From positions 4,627-68,626 of the IMG/VR virus record IMGVR_UViG_3300036907_000061: a DNA stretch of 64,000 nt. One strand, written 5' to 3'. Within the stretch, counting starts at the first letter, position 1, and every line of letters begins with the position of its first letter. The notes below the pieces were generated by a model that worked only from the letters and a program-made list of their open reading frames with translations, did no database searches and was not told the DNA's origin. The stretch comes from a virus. A program made the position numbers and the translations under genes. Shown in pieces: positions 30,225 through 39,767 of the stretch.

Positions 30225-30860
30225 TTAGAACTTCCAAGTGAAGTTGATGTGAGCCATGGGCATGGCAGGTTGCAATCCACGCGCGGCGGCACCGGCGCAG
30301 TTCACTACCCCACCTCCAAAATCGATGAACTTGTCCGATCCGACCTGAAAATTAAGGTCGCCGGTCAACCCGCTCTGCTCTCCAATTAACACCCCTCCAT
30401 TCAAAGAGGTGAATGGTCCGGAGAATAGTCGCACAATAACCGGAAGGTTTAGAACAGGAATGGTTTCCACGGTGGAGATGGAAAGGTTAATCGTGGCGTC
30501 GTAAAAGTTAAATGCCCGAGTTTTCTTGCCCGTGTTCAGGTCGGTCGTCTCGGTCTGGATTCCGGCAATCGCAAAACCGGCGTTTACCATGGAATTTGTG
30601 TTGACTCCATTCACTTCAATGCCGCCGCCGTAATTTCCAGACCCGTTTTGCAGACCGAAGATACCGGCTGAAATGGGATTGGTCAAGGTCAGTGTCTTGA
30701 AGAAGTTGTACCCATCGGTTACGACCTTGGTTGCCCCAGCTGGAACAGAAGATATAACGTTGCTGACGGTGGTTACCGTGTTGGTGGATACCACTGTTTG
30801 GGCGGCGGCGGAGAGCGACAGCATTGACACCAATGCCGCTGTGAATAATAGGGTTTTCAT
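30225..30860 (-). CDS. Secreted protein, possible outer-membrane beta-barrel
   Basis: Signal peptide MKTLLFTAALVSMLSLSAAA|Q; amphipathic strands; C-terminal INFTWKF with terminal Phe. Confidence 0.55.
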   Translation of the reverse strand: MKTLLFTAALVSMLSLSAAAQTVVSTNTVTTVSNVISSVPAGATKVVTDGYNFFKTLTLTNPISAGIFGLQNGSGNYGGGIEVNGVNTNSMVNAGFAIAGIQTETTDLNTGKKTRAFNFYDATINLSISTVETIPVLNLPVIVRLFSGPFTSLNGGVLIGEQSGLTGDLNFQVGSDKFIDFGGGVVNCAGAAARGLQPAMPMAHINFTWKF

Positions 30861-30870
30861 GGTTGGTATA

Positions 30871-31062
30871 TTATCGGAGTTGTGGGACGGGGATGTCGTG
30901 GGCATGTCCCAGAACCCCAAACACTTGGAGCAACCAGAACACCACGCAAATTAACACTACTACGTTGATTACTTTTTTGATTGTTCCGTCGATTGGCAGG
31001 TAGGTGTTTAATACCCACAACAGCAATCCAACAACGGCCAGGATGATGATGACTTGAAACAT
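30871..31062 (-). CDS. Small two-TM membrane protein (Thivi_2564-like)
   Basis: IIILAVVGLLLWVLNTYLPIDGTIKKVINVVVLICVVFWLLQVFG. Confidence 0.7.
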   Translation of the reverse strand: MFQVIIILAVVGLLLWVLNTYLPIDGTIKKVINVVVLICVVFWLLQVFGVLGHAHDIPVPQLR

Positions 31063-31069
31063 AATTTAT

Positions 31070-31372
31070 TTATGGACTTACCGCAGGAACTGCGGATTTG
31101 TTTGGGCCGGTTTGGTTGATGGCATCGACGGCGTCTGCGATGTTGTTTACAATTGAAGCGTCAGCGGCATAGTACGCGGTGAGGGCCTTGCCAATTGCGC
31201 CCACAATCACTCCAAACAGGGCCACATACCACATCACAGCAAGCTGCGTGGGTGATAGTATTGTGGATGTGTTGGGTGAGATTTGGGATAGTTGGGTAAG
31301 GAATCCGATTCCCGCCAGAGAGGCCCCCAACACCTGAACCGCACCACCTAGATTTGTTTTTGCGTGTGCCAT
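31070..31372 (-). CDS. Holin-like two-TM protein
   Basis: Two hydrophobic helices; KT-N-L-GG start and AAD end resemble phage holin-like proteins. Confidence 0.5.
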   Translation of the reverse strand: MAHAKTNLGGAVQVLGASLAGIGFLTQLSQISPNTSTILSPTQLAVMWYVALFGVIVGAIGKALTAYYAADASIVNNIADAVDAINQTGPNKSAVPAVSP

Positions 31373-31376
31373 AAAT

Positions 31377-31973
31377 TTAGATGCATAGAATGTTTACCGC
31401 CTGCGTTCCTCCACCTACCGTCATGTACAGGTCGGCCATGTTGAACTTGAACTGGGTCGGTGAGGTCAGGGTCAGGGAATTCCCGGAGGTGATAGTCGTG
31501 AACCATCCATATGAGTTTGCCAGACTGACCGAGTCGGGGGAGATGGAAACCGTAGCACCGCCGGAAGGAACTGAAATTGTAACCTGTTGAGCCATAACCA
31601 CTAATGAGATGATTCCACCAACGGTTGGGCTGTTGTTGGTAACTGCGAACGCGCTCTCTCTCCAGTTGTCTGGGTTCTGGGGAATGGTGGCTGTAATTGT
31701 TTTGGCAGCATAGTCAACGGAGGTAATGAGATAACTTTTGGCATTCAGCATCGGGTCTTCCGTGATGCCAGATACGTTAACCACCTGTCCGACCCTAACC
31801 CAGAATATTCCAGCCGATGCAGAAAACGTAACACTGCCCAGTCCGTCACCAACATATCCGGTGATTAAGATGTTGGGGGGTGCCAAAGATGTGGGGGTGG
31901 TTGCGATGGTTGCCGAATAGGTTAACCAGCCCAGATTGGGAAGCCCGGTTGCGGATGACGTGGCTGTTAGCAT
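31377..31973 (-). CDS. Structural beta-sandwich protein, paralog A
   Basis: Co-linear similarity with 32018-32614 (TGLP.L.W.TY, W.RVGQ.VNVSGI, FKFN..D). Confidence 0.65.
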   Translation of the reverse strand: MLTATSSATGLPNLGWLTYSATIATTPTSLAPPNILITGYVGDGLGSVTFSASAGIFWVRVGQVVNVSGITEDPMLNAKSYLITSVDYAAKTITATIPQNPDNWRESAFAVTNNSPTVGGIISLVVMAQQVTISVPSGGATVSISPDSVSLANSYGWFTTITSGNSLTLTSPTQFKFNMADLYMTVGGGTQAVNILCI

Positions 31974-31980
31974 TGTGGTG

Positions 31981-32009
31981 AATCTAGGTCAGATGATGGT
32001 CGGTTGCAA
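31981..32009 (-). promoter_or_regulatory. sigma70-like promoter for paralog A
   Basis: TTGCAA-17-TAGATT. Confidence 0.45.
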
Positions 32010-32017
32010 GTTTTATT

Positions 32018-32614
32018 TCAGATGTACATTATTTGCAGGATGGTAGTTCCAGACGTAGAAATACCGTACCAGTCTCCGAGATTGAACTTGAAATCCCTTG
32101 GCATGAAGATAGGTCCATAAACTGTTCCAGATGAATAGGTTGTGATTTGACCATAGCCTCGATTTAGGCTGATGTCGTCTACCGAAACCTGCACATCTCC
32201 GGCACCTGATTTTGTCTTGAAATACACCCTCTGAGCCATGGCAACCATGGATATGATTGGCGTTCCGGATGCTGCGCTGGTGGCGCTAAAGGTGTTGGTG
32301 CCATAGTTCTGAGGGTTGGTGGGTATTTTGCATGTGATCGTGGTGTTGGTGTAGTCTACTGCCGTTATCAGGAATGATGTCTGGTTTAGATTGGGATACT
32401 CCACTATTCCAGATACGTTTACAAATTGGCCCACCCTGGCCCACAGGATTCCACCGGAACAAGTAAAAGTAACATTTCCAACGCCGTCTCCTGAGTAAGA
32501 AGTAATCGCTATGTTTGTCGGTGCCAGGCTGATCGGGCCTGAGGTTAGTGGAACTTCATAGGTCTGCCACAGCAATGTGGGAAGGCCTGTTGAGGAGGTG
32601 TAGCATGTAAGCAT
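32018..32614 (-). CDS. Structural beta-sandwich protein, paralog B
   Basis: See paralog A. Confidence 0.65.
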   Translation of the reverse strand: MLTCYTSSTGLPTLLWQTYEVPLTSGPISLAPTNIAITSYSGDGVGNVTFTCSGGILWARVGQFVNVSGIVEYPNLNQTSFLITAVDYTNTTITCKIPTNPQNYGTNTFSATSAASGTPIISMVAMAQRVYFKTKSGAGDVQVSVDDISLNRGYGQITTYSSGTVYGPIFMPRDFKFNLGDWYGISTSGTTILQIMYI

Positions 32615-32622
32615 AACCACTC

Positions 32623-32696
32623 AATATACCTCATAGTCAACCGGTTGCAAGAAAAAAGATTTAACCACTTGACAAACGTTGGATGTGTGCTATCTT
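32623..32696. promoter_or_regulatory. Divergent promoter pair separating the late and replication arms
   Basis: Minus: TTGCAA-16-TATATT (32650-32623). Plus: TTGACA-16-TATCTT with extended TG (32669-32696). Confidence 0.55.
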
Positions 32697-32789
32697 GTTG
32701 TACGATGCGAGTCAGACATAATTTGCCCCCTATGCCCGCCAGAAGTTCTGGCGCTCTCCGGTCAGACAATGACCAGGCTCGCATGGGTG

Positions 32790-32901
32790 ATAGGGGCTTC
32801 TCTTTCCCCCACACCCCTTATCTCTTAAATACATATACAGAGACAGATATAGATATATGCGTCGTAACGTCAGGTGTTACGACGTGTTACAGTGTAACGT
32901 T
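32790..32901. promoter_or_regulatory. Putative origin/iteron region
   Basis: Repeated GTAAC/GTTAC (cgtcgtaac...gttacgacg inverted; gttacagtgtaac) and ACAGAGACAGATATAGATAT immediately upstream of the initiator-like gene. Confidence 0.4.
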
Positions 32902-33522
32902 ATGAGCTCCACCAGCAACCAGTTTGTTAGGGTTTTCCTTAAAATATTAGATTCTTCCATTGCGGAGGATTACAGGGTAAGGCACGTCTTTGAAGACTTA
33001 TTCAAGCTCTGTGATTACAAGACTGGCGTTCTGGACATGACCAGACAGTCCTTATCCAGGAGGCTCAACATGCCAATTGAAGAAATTAATCGGGCAATAG
33101 AAAAGCTAGAGTCTCCAGACCCAAACAGCAGGGACCAGCAATTCGATGGAAGAAGGATCGAAAAACTGGATGCCCATCGGGATTGGGGCTGGAAAATATT
33201 AAACTGGGAAAAGTATAGAGAAATACTCAAGAAATCTTCTGGAGCAGAAAGAACAAGAAATTGCAGGTCGGAGTCTGGAGATTTTATTAATCCAACACTT
33301 GAGGAAGTGATTCAATTCTGCGAATCCATCGGACTGCAAAAACTTGATGCAGAGGGCTTTTATTGGGGAAAGGAATCCGGCAAGGAAGGTGGAAGGTGGA
33401 TGAATGGAAAATATCCAATGAAGGATTGGAAGGCAACCATACGGCAATGGAAGTCGTATGGATACATGCAGAGCCAAAAATCAGAACAGAAACAAAAGAA
33501 AGTGGTTGATTTTGCCCCATGA
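32902..33522 (+). CDS. Replication initiator / replisome organizer-like protein
   Basis: wHTH-like N-terminus (LESPDPNSR...GRRI...GWKILN); C-terminal PTLEEV...W..GK.PMKDWKATIRQW domain; directly upstream of the primase-helicase. Confidence 0.7.
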   Translation: MSSTSNQFVRVFLKILDSSIAEDYRVRHVFEDLFKLCDYKTGVLDMTRQSLSRRLNMPIEEINRAIEKLESPDPNSRDQQFDGRRIEKLDAHRDWGWKILNWEKYREILKKSSGAERTRNCRSESGDFINPTLEEVIQFCESIGLQKLDAEGFYWGKESGKEGGRWMNGKYPMKDWKATIRQWKSYGYMQSQKSEQKQKKVVDFAP

Positions 33523-35174
33523 AGTATCAGGATTTCATCACAAGGTTTCCCAGGTTCAGGAAGCTGGGAGGAAGGGTGGAAGGAATTCTCACCAACTGTC
33601 CGGCACACGAGGATGGAACTGCATCGTTGCAGATTTGCCGGGGCAATGACGAAAGGGTTTTGATTACTTGTCACGCTGGCTGTTCTACGGAATCGGTGGT
33701 TTCTTCCCTGGGACTCAAGATGGGAGATTTATTTCCAGACCGGGAAAACAGACCCTTCATTGTTCCAAAATCAACATCGGCAGCAACAACAGTAAAACCT
33801 GAAATCGAGTGCGTTTATCCATACCTTAATCACTCAGGAAATGAAGTGTATCAGGCGGTAAGACTTCAACCCAAGTCGTTTCGGCAGAGGCATTTGGTGG
33901 ACGGAAAGTGGGTTTGGTCAATGGATGGGGTTGAAAGGGTTTTGTATCATTTGCCGGAAGTTCTTCAATCGCAGGAAGTTTGGATTTGTGAGGGCGAAAA
34001 AGATGCCGACAATCTGGTCGCGCTTGGATACTGCGCCACATGCAATGTTGGGGGAGCCGGAAAATGGCTTGACGGATATACAGAAACGCTTGTTGGAAAA
34101 GACGTTGTGATTTGCGGAGACTCTGACGATCCCGGCAAAAAGCACGTCGAACTGGTTTTTGATTCAATCTGCGGAAAGGTAAAGACAGTAAGAATCATCA
34201 AACTGCCAGAGGGGATCAAGGATGTTTCAGATTATATATCCACTTTCAAAGACCCATCTGGACCCAAAAGGGCGCTCGACGACATTAAAAATTCGGCACA
34301 TCCCTTTGTAAAAGGAATCAAACTCCCAATTTATTCCATGAGCGAGATGGAGGGAAAGTATAAAGCACACGTTCGTAGAGCCTCCGAACTAAAACTTGAC
34401 CTTGGAAAGTGGATTCCAACATTCGGAAGACACATACGTCCCCTGGTGGAGGGGGAGTTGGTGTTTGTGCTGGGAGATGTAGGGGGAGGGAAAACCGCCG
34501 TGCTGCAACAGATTGCAGAAGTCTCCAGACCACTGCCAACCATCATGTTTGAGTTGGAACTTCCAGAAGAGCTTTTGTTCGAGAGATTTCTGGCACACAA
34601 ATCCAAACTGACCTGCTCTCAAATTGAGACCGGATATCTGTCTGGCGACTCTCTGGGGGCGGGACTGGACTCCGCATTTAAAAATCTCTTCGTCTGTCCA
34701 GAATCCAAACTCACACTGGAGGACATTGAACGATACATCATGCGCGGAGAGCTGAAACTGGGCGAGAGGCCACGGTTAATTTTAATAGACTACATCCAGC
34801 TAATGCAAGGAATGGGAGACAATCGCAGGGAGAGGGTATCAGATATTGCAGAAGGATTGAAAGTGCTGGCCAAGTCCACCAGGACAATCATCATCTGTTC
34901 GTCCCAAGTCCAGCGGCCCACCGAGGGCAATAGGAAGATTGGGCTGCATTCAGGCAAGGAAAGCGGCAGCATAGAGGCCTCATGCGGATTGCTGCTTGGT
35001 CTTTGGAGAGACGAAGAAGACCCCACATTGATGCACTTGAAGGTGCTGAAATCAACCAAGGGAGGAGCGGGCCTGGAAGTTCTCTGCAACTTTGATGGCG
35101 CAAGAATGACAATAACCGAACGCTCGCAGTTTGCAGGGTCGGACGTTCCCAACACGCAATCTAAAGACCCATGA
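33519..35174 (+). CDS. Primase-helicase (Zn finger + TOPRIM + DnaB-like SF4 helicase)
   Basis: CPAHED..CHAGC; ICEGEKDAD and DSDDPG TOPRIM motifs; GDVGGGKT Walker A; LIDYIQL; SSQVQR; ESGSIE. Confidence 0.9.
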   Translation: MKYQDFITRFPRFRKLGGRVEGILTNCPAHEDGTASLQICRGNDERVLITCHAGCSTESVVSSLGLKMGDLFPDRENRPFIVPKSTSAATTVKPEIECVYPYLNHSGNEVYQAVRLQPKSFRQRHLVDGKWVWSMDGVERVLYHLPEVLQSQEVWICEGEKDADNLVALGYCATCNVGGAGKWLDGYTETLVGKDVVICGDSDDPGKKHVELVFDSICGKVKTVRIIKLPEGIKDVSDYISTFKDPSGPKRALDDIKNSAHPFVKGIKLPIYSMSEMEGKYKAHVRRASELKLDLGKWIPTFGRHIRPLVEGELVFVLGDVGGGKTAVLQQIAEVSRPLPTIMFELELPEELLFERFLAHKSKLTCSQIETGYLSGDSLGAGLDSAFKNLFVCPESKLTLEDIERYIMRGELKLGERPRLILIDYIQLMQGMGDNRRERVSDIAEGLKVLAKSTRTIIICSSQVQRPTEGNRKIGLHSGKESGSIEASCGLLLGLWRDEEDPTLMHLKVLKSTKGGAGLEVLCNFDGARMTITERSQFAGSDVPNTQSKDP

Positions 35175-35470
35175 GACGACAAAAGCAATACACCGACCGA
35201 ATCAGCATTGTTGCTGAAATCAACGACCACAAGCGAAAGGTAAAACAGAAGATTGAGGAGGCAGAACAACTGGACAATTCTGCCACCGAGATGTTCCGGG
35301 CCGGAATCAAAGAAGATGGAGAATATCGCAGAGACCGGGCAAGAAAGCTGCGCCGGTCTGCATTCCTGATCGAAGATGGAAGGCTTAAGAGATTGAAAAA
35401 CACCCTGGCCGCATTCGACACCCAGACCCTGCCTGGAATTGTGGGAGACTCCACTGTTGTATTACAATGA
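35171..35470 (+). CDS. Hypothetical protein
   Basis: ATGA-coupled ORF. Confidence 0.5.
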   Translation: MRRQKQYTDRISIVAEINDHKRKVKQKIEEAEQLDNSATEMFRAGIKEDGEYRRDRARKLRRSAFLIEDGRLKRLKNTLAAFDTQTLPGIVGDSTVVLQ

Positions 35471-35724
35471 CAGTCAGTCACTTAGAGGACGGAAGGTTCT
35501 CGGTTCCCAGCGAGACCGACCCATTCAAGGAATACATAGTTGACGTGATGGATAATCCCAGCCACCCAATCTGCACCTGTGACTATTACATAGCGGTCAT
35601 CGAGAAGGATATGGAGAGGGGGGTTCCGTATACGCCCTGCAAGCATATAGAATGTACGCTAATGTTCCTGGGACAAAGTGTTGTAAATCATATGGTTAGG
35701 AAGCACCACAAAATAGTTGGATAA
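35467..35724 (+). CDS. SWIM-type zinc-finger protein
   Basis: CTC-x(n)-PCKHI. Confidence 0.65.
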   Translation: MTVSHLEDGRFSVPSETDPFKEYIVDVMDNPSHPICTCDYYIAVIEKDMERGVPYTPCKHIECTLMFLGQSVVNHMVRKHHKIVG

Positions 35725-35740
35725 ATCTGCATGCCAGCCC

Positions 35741-35768
35741 TTGACTTTTTCCAGACTTGTGCTATACT
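35741..35768 (+). promoter_or_regulatory. sigma70-like promoter
   Basis: TTGACT-16-TATACT with extended TG. Confidence 0.6.
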
Positions 35769-35794
35769 GTAGGAAGTAAGTTGAATAAGAATAA

Positions 35795-36133
35795 ATGAAA
35801 CTGAGCTATAACCCAAAGCTGGTCGTCTCGTATCTTGCCGAGCATGGAATTCCCACTCCCATATTTGAACACCGATTCGCAGAATGCATAGGACGACGCT
35901 GGAGATTCGACCTTGCATGGGAATTATCTCCCACCCAAAAACTGGCCCTGGAAGTGCAGGGGGGATTGTTCATACCCAAAGGCAGGCATGTTTTCGGAGC
36001 CTCGCTGATCAAGGAGCACGAAAAGCTCAACACCGCAGCCGCCATGGGTTGGAGGGTGCTGTTCTGCCAGCCTAAAGATTTGCTGACCCAACCAACAATC
36101 ATATTCATTAAAAAATCACTCGGATTACCATGA
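35795..36133 (+). CDS. PD-(D/E)XK endonuclease (resolvase/Vsr-like)
   Basis: EHRF...RRWRFDLAW...LALEVQGG...EKLNTAAAMGWRVL. Confidence 0.8.
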   Translation: MKLSYNPKLVVSYLAEHGIPTPIFEHRFAECIGRRWRFDLAWELSPTQKLALEVQGGLFIPKGRHVFGASLIKEHEKLNTAAAMGWRVLFCQPKDLLTQPTIIFIKKSLGLP

Positions 36134-36414
36134 TAACAGTAAACATTGAAACCGGAAAGATAAATAAAGAATTCCTGGTCAAAGGCAAGAATGGAAAAAC
36201 GTATCTCGATGTGGTGCTGTTTGAGACTCCCGATTCCGAATATGGCAATGACTACGTGGCGGTTCAGGGAGTAACCAAGGAACAGCGAAACGAAGGGAAA
36301 AAGGGACCCATCATTGGAAATGCGAAGATATATCAATCTCGCAAGGAAGACGCTCGGGTTGACAAGGCGAAAGAACCATCACCCGCACCAGATGACTCGG
36401 AAGTACCATTTTGA
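36130..36414 (+). CDS. Single-stranded DNA-binding protein (small type)
   Basis: GKNGKTYLD...YGND...PIIGNAK and acidic DDSEVPF tail. Confidence 0.7.
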   Translation: MITVNIETGKINKEFLVKGKNGKTYLDVVLFETPDSEYGNDYVAVQGVTKEQRNEGKKGPIIGNAKIYQSRKEDARVDKAKEPSPAPDDSEVPF

Positions 36415-36609
36415 TTTATGAGAACAAATGTAGGATTTAATGATTCACCTTTCCAGAAATGGAATTCAATGTCAGAATCTGGAGACCCGTTCAAGCCATG
36501 GAATAACCCGTTTGGCTCTGACGGAAGAGAATACCAAAAGTGGTGCGATCAACACCATATTCCAAGTCGAGAAAGATAAACCATACCAACAATACCCACC
36601 AAGCCCAAT

Positions 36610-36879
36610 ATGAGAGAAATAACAATTAAACCAGTACTTAATGGCTATATCGTAACAGTAGGATGTCAGAAGGTTGTATTTGACTGCAAGGACTGTCTGC
36701 TTCAAAAACTTTCGGAATACCTTGACCACCCAGAAGCGGTGGAACAAGAATTCTTAAAAGACGCGCTCAATCCAATGCCAGTCATGCCAGCGCCAGAACC
36801 GCCTTGCCTTCCAGTAGGATATGGGGGTTTGGACTCCTCTCGCCCCATGTCCGATATTTCGACTTCCCGACCACGATAA
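36610..36879 (+). CDS. Hypothetical protein
   Basis: ITIKPVLNGYIVTVGCQKVVF is a recurrent phage motif. Confidence 0.55.
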   Translation: MREITIKPVLNGYIVTVGCQKVVFDCKDCLLQKLSEYLDHPEAVEQEFLKDALNPMPVMPAPEPPCLPVGYGGLDSSRPMSDISTSRPR

Positions 36880-36882
36880 TTT

Positions 36883-37905
36883 ATGAAACAAGGATTAGTA
36901 CCGATTGAAGTTGAGGTGTTGCCGGTATCGGTTGCCGGAACGCTTGAGCGGGCGGAGATAGATGTTCAGATCGCCACCGCAAGGGCATACCCGCGTTCTC
37001 TGGAACAGTTTCAAAAGCGGGCGTTGAGCATGGCCACTTTGGATGAGGAAACCGCCGAGTCGTGCATCTATCAACGGCCCGTGGGAGATGGAAAGATTGC
37101 CGAGGGCGCGTCCATTCGACTCGCTGAAATTGTCGCTGCATCATACGGAAATCTTAGGGTTGCGTCCCGGCTGATCGAACAGACCGAGCGGTTCGTAAAG
37201 TGCGAGGGGGTTGCGATTGATTTGGAATCCAATTACGCCGGTAAGAGCGAGGTCATCGAGCCAACCGTCACCAAGGAAGGCAGGCCTTACTCTGAACGGC
37301 AGCGGGCCGTGGTCGCCAAGGCCGCACTGGCCAAGGCTTATCGTGACGCCACCTTCAAGGTCATACCCCGGTCGGTGTGCAAGTCCATCATTGACGCCGC
37401 CAAGAAAGTGGCCGCCGGAGACGAGAAGACCATCGACAGCCGCAAGAAGCGGGCACAGGACTGGCTGAAACTCATCAAGGTTGATGATTCAAGGGCATTT
37501 CGCGCCCTGGGAGTGCAAGGCTGGTCGGATGTTGGAGTGTCGCATCTTCTGGTGATTACCGGGCTCAGAACCGCTATCAACGATGGGGACACCACGGTTG
37601 ATGAGGCGTTTCCGGGATTGTCCATCAAGCAGGCGAATACGGGTGCGGCACCAAAGACCTTCACGGTTGGAAGTGGTGAAGTTCCGGAAACTCCCAAGAA
37701 GGTTGTGCCCGAGAACCTGATCCTGCTTCGCAAGAACATGGTCGCGTCAAACATCGAAGAGAAACCGCTGCTGGAGTTGGGGCGAGCCACCGGAATGTTT
37801 GACGAGTCATTGAACAGTCTTGAGGAAGTGTCAGAAATGCAACCCAAGGCGATTGATGCCGCAAACTCCGGATGGAAGTCCATTCTCAAAACCTTAAAGA
37901 AATAA
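36883..37905 (+). CDS. Putative single-strand annealing / recombination protein
   Basis: RAEIDVQIATARAYPRS...GASIRLAE; lies between the SSB and the exonuclease. Confidence 0.6.
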   Translation: MKQGLVPIEVEVLPVSVAGTLERAEIDVQIATARAYPRSLEQFQKRALSMATLDEETAESCIYQRPVGDGKIAEGASIRLAEIVAASYGNLRVASRLIEQTERFVKCEGVAIDLESNYAGKSEVIEPTVTKEGRPYSERQRAVVAKAALAKAYRDATFKVIPRSVCKSIIDAAKKVAAGDEKTIDSRKKRAQDWLKLIKVDDSRAFRALGVQGWSDVGVSHLLVITGLRTAINDGDTTVDEAFPGLSIKQANTGAAPKTFTVGSGEVPETPKKVVPENLILLRKNMVASNIEEKPLLELGRATGMFDESLNSLEEVSEMQPKAIDAANSGWKSILKTLKK

Positions 37906-37906
37906 C

Positions 37907-38098
37907 ATGCTGGACTTTTTCTTTCAACCACACGACCAGTCGTACCATGTATTCCGTGGCCCCGACAAGCTGGGAACCATATTTCATGGACAGGACAAGT
38001 TCTTCCACTTCCTGCCTTCCGTTCAGCCGCAGCCGTTGAGCATGCTGATGATGGATGAAATAGCCGTCAAACTTGAAAGATTGAATAACTCAAAATGA
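37907..38098 (+). CDS. Hypothetical protein
   Basis: Short ORF packed in the operon. Confidence 0.45.
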   Translation: MLDFFFQPHDQSYHVFRGPDKLGTIFHGQDKFFHFLPSVQPQPLSMLMMDEIAVKLERLNNSK

Positions 38099-39195
38099 AA
38101 AAAGACGCACGAAAGGGACTTCCTAGCGCAAGTTCCATGTCCCGATTGGAACACTGTCCCGGGTCTAACAACCTCATCAAACAGGTTGAACCCACCAAGA
38201 TCAAGTCCCATAAAGAGTGGGCATCCTCTGGGGATAGGGTGCATAAATACCTTGCCAAGCCCAATGACAAGAACTTCAAACTTTTGAGTCCTGATGAATT
38301 ATCTGTGGCACAGTCCTGTCAAGAGCAGCGAAAGCTGATCATCGAACAGGTCATTGCTGGAGAGTTCGACAGCATTGCTGAACACCGCTACTGGTATGCC
38401 CTGGAACATCCGCAGAACTTTTCAGGACAGCCAGACGAAGTGATTGTCACCATGGATGGCAAGACGGCGTTAATCATTGATTACAAGTCACTTCCGGGAG
38501 ACGTGGAGAGCGCGGAGAACAATCTGCAATTGATGTCTCTGGTATGCCTGATTCATGTCAATTTTCCCACTGTGGAAGAATGCTTTGCCGCCATAATCCA
38601 ACCGCTGGTTTCGTCAAAACCCACCATTGCACATTATCGGCGCGAGGATATGGCGGCTGCTTTAACACGCATACTAAAAATAATTAAGGACTCACAAAAC
38701 CAGGAAGCCATACGCAACCCAGGCAACCACTGTCAGTATTGCGGGGCCAAAATCTCCTGCCCGCAGGCACACGGATTGGTGACAAATGCATCCCTGGTTC
38801 GCCGGGATGAGGTGGCGGTAATGACTCCGGATAGGTTGGTGATTCTGTTGAACGCCTGCAAAGCCGCCGAGTCCATCATCAAAGCGGTAAAGGAAAGAAG
38901 CAAGGAATTGCTAAAAGAGAATCCAGAATGTATTCCAGGATGGAAACTCGAACCCGGCGACAACGTTCGCTCCATCATCGACAACAAGAAGGCTTATCTT
39001 GCCTTGATGAACGCAGGAATGATTGACCTTGAAACCTTCATGGCCATTGTCAAAATACCGCTTGGAGAACTGGAGAACACTGTGGCCGCGCGCATCAAAG
39101 TCAAGAAGACTGAGGCCAAGGTAATGGTTAATGAGACTCTCGGCGCATTGATTGAAGTGAAACAAAAAGACTCGTCACTTGCTCAAGTAAAATGA
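38095..39195 (+). CDS. Cas4-like PD-(D/E)XK exonuclease (DUF2800-like)
   Basis: SASSMSRLEHCPGS, GDRVH, GQPD, IIDYK, NLQL, HCQYCGAKISC Fe-S cysteines. Confidence 0.85.
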   Translation: MKKDARKGLPSASSMSRLEHCPGSNNLIKQVEPTKIKSHKEWASSGDRVHKYLAKPNDKNFKLLSPDELSVAQSCQEQRKLIIEQVIAGEFDSIAEHRYWYALEHPQNFSGQPDEVIVTMDGKTALIIDYKSLPGDVESAENNLQLMSLVCLIHVNFPTVEECFAAIIQPLVSSKPTIAHYRREDMAAALTRILKIIKDSQNQEAIRNPGNHCQYCGAKISCPQAHGLVTNASLVRRDEVAVMTPDRLVILLNACKAAESIIKAVKERSKELLKENPECIPGWKLEPGDNVRSIIDNKKAYLALMNAGMIDLETFMAIVKIPLGELENTVAARIKVKKTEAKVMVNETLGALIEVKQKDSSLAQVK

Positions 39196-39418
39196 AGTTT
39201 CAAATTATCTATTGCGATCCTCCATGGATGGAGTCTGGAGGTGGGGCCATCAGGAGGGGCGCAGACCGACATTATCCGCTGATGAAAACTGGGGATATAG
39301 CAATCCTGCCAGTGCACAGGATTGCTGACACAAACTGTCATCTGTATATGTGGTCAACAAACAATCACCTTCCAGATGCATTGAAAGTCATGGAATCGTG
39401 GGGATTCAGATATGTAAC
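39192..39418 (+). pseudogene. MT-A70 family N6-adenine methyltransferase, 5' part (interrupted)
   Basis: IIYCDPPW...HYPLM...LYMW...WGFRYV, then the sequence switches into an attC site at TAAC 39415-39418. Confidence 0.9.
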
Positions 39419-39499
39419 ACTGAGGTCAGGCACGGCGGAGCCTGACGTTGGAATTAACCCGCAGCGCAACCCGCCGTTGCCTGCACCGATTGGTTAGAT
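39412..39499 (-). other. attC-like site 1
   Basis: Minus strand: ATCTAAC caatc GGTGCAGG caacggcgg...ccgccgtg CCTGACC tcagt GTTACAT = R'', spacer, L'' with an extra base, L', spacer, R'. Confidence 0.85.
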
Positions 39500-39767
39500 G
39501 CGTATGAACGAACAACAAAAAATAGAAGCTCTGCGAGCCGCGCTGGTAACGAAAAACTCCGCGCTCGAAAACTACGGACGGCACTTTGACTGGTGCTTCG
39601 TATCCAAAGTGACCAACGCCAATGGCAAACTGGGAATAATCACGAACGAAGCGGAAGCCTGCGACTGCGGCCTGATGCGAGAACGCGCAAGCCATCTAAA
39701 GGTGCTCGCCGACGCTGAAGCATCTAAACGATTTGTTAGCCCAAAATATTATGACAAAAACATATAA
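39498..39767 (+). CDS. Cassette 1 hypothetical protein (Zn-binding H..C / CDC)
   Basis: Bounded by gttagatgc (39493) and gcatctaa (39720). Confidence 0.6.
   Translation: MRMNEQQKIEALRAALVTKNSALENYGRHFDWCFVSKVTNANGKLGIITNEAEACDCGLMRERASHLKVLADAEASKRFVSPKYYDKNI

Noticed and set aside
1239-31920. Numerous plus-strand and alternate-frame ORFs within the structural arm
   Set aside because: They overlap long, tightly packed minus-strand genes and have no recognisable motifs.
38095-39195. CRISPR-associated Cas4
   Set aside because: No cas operon or array; it sits in a normal phage recombination module with SSB and an annealing protein.
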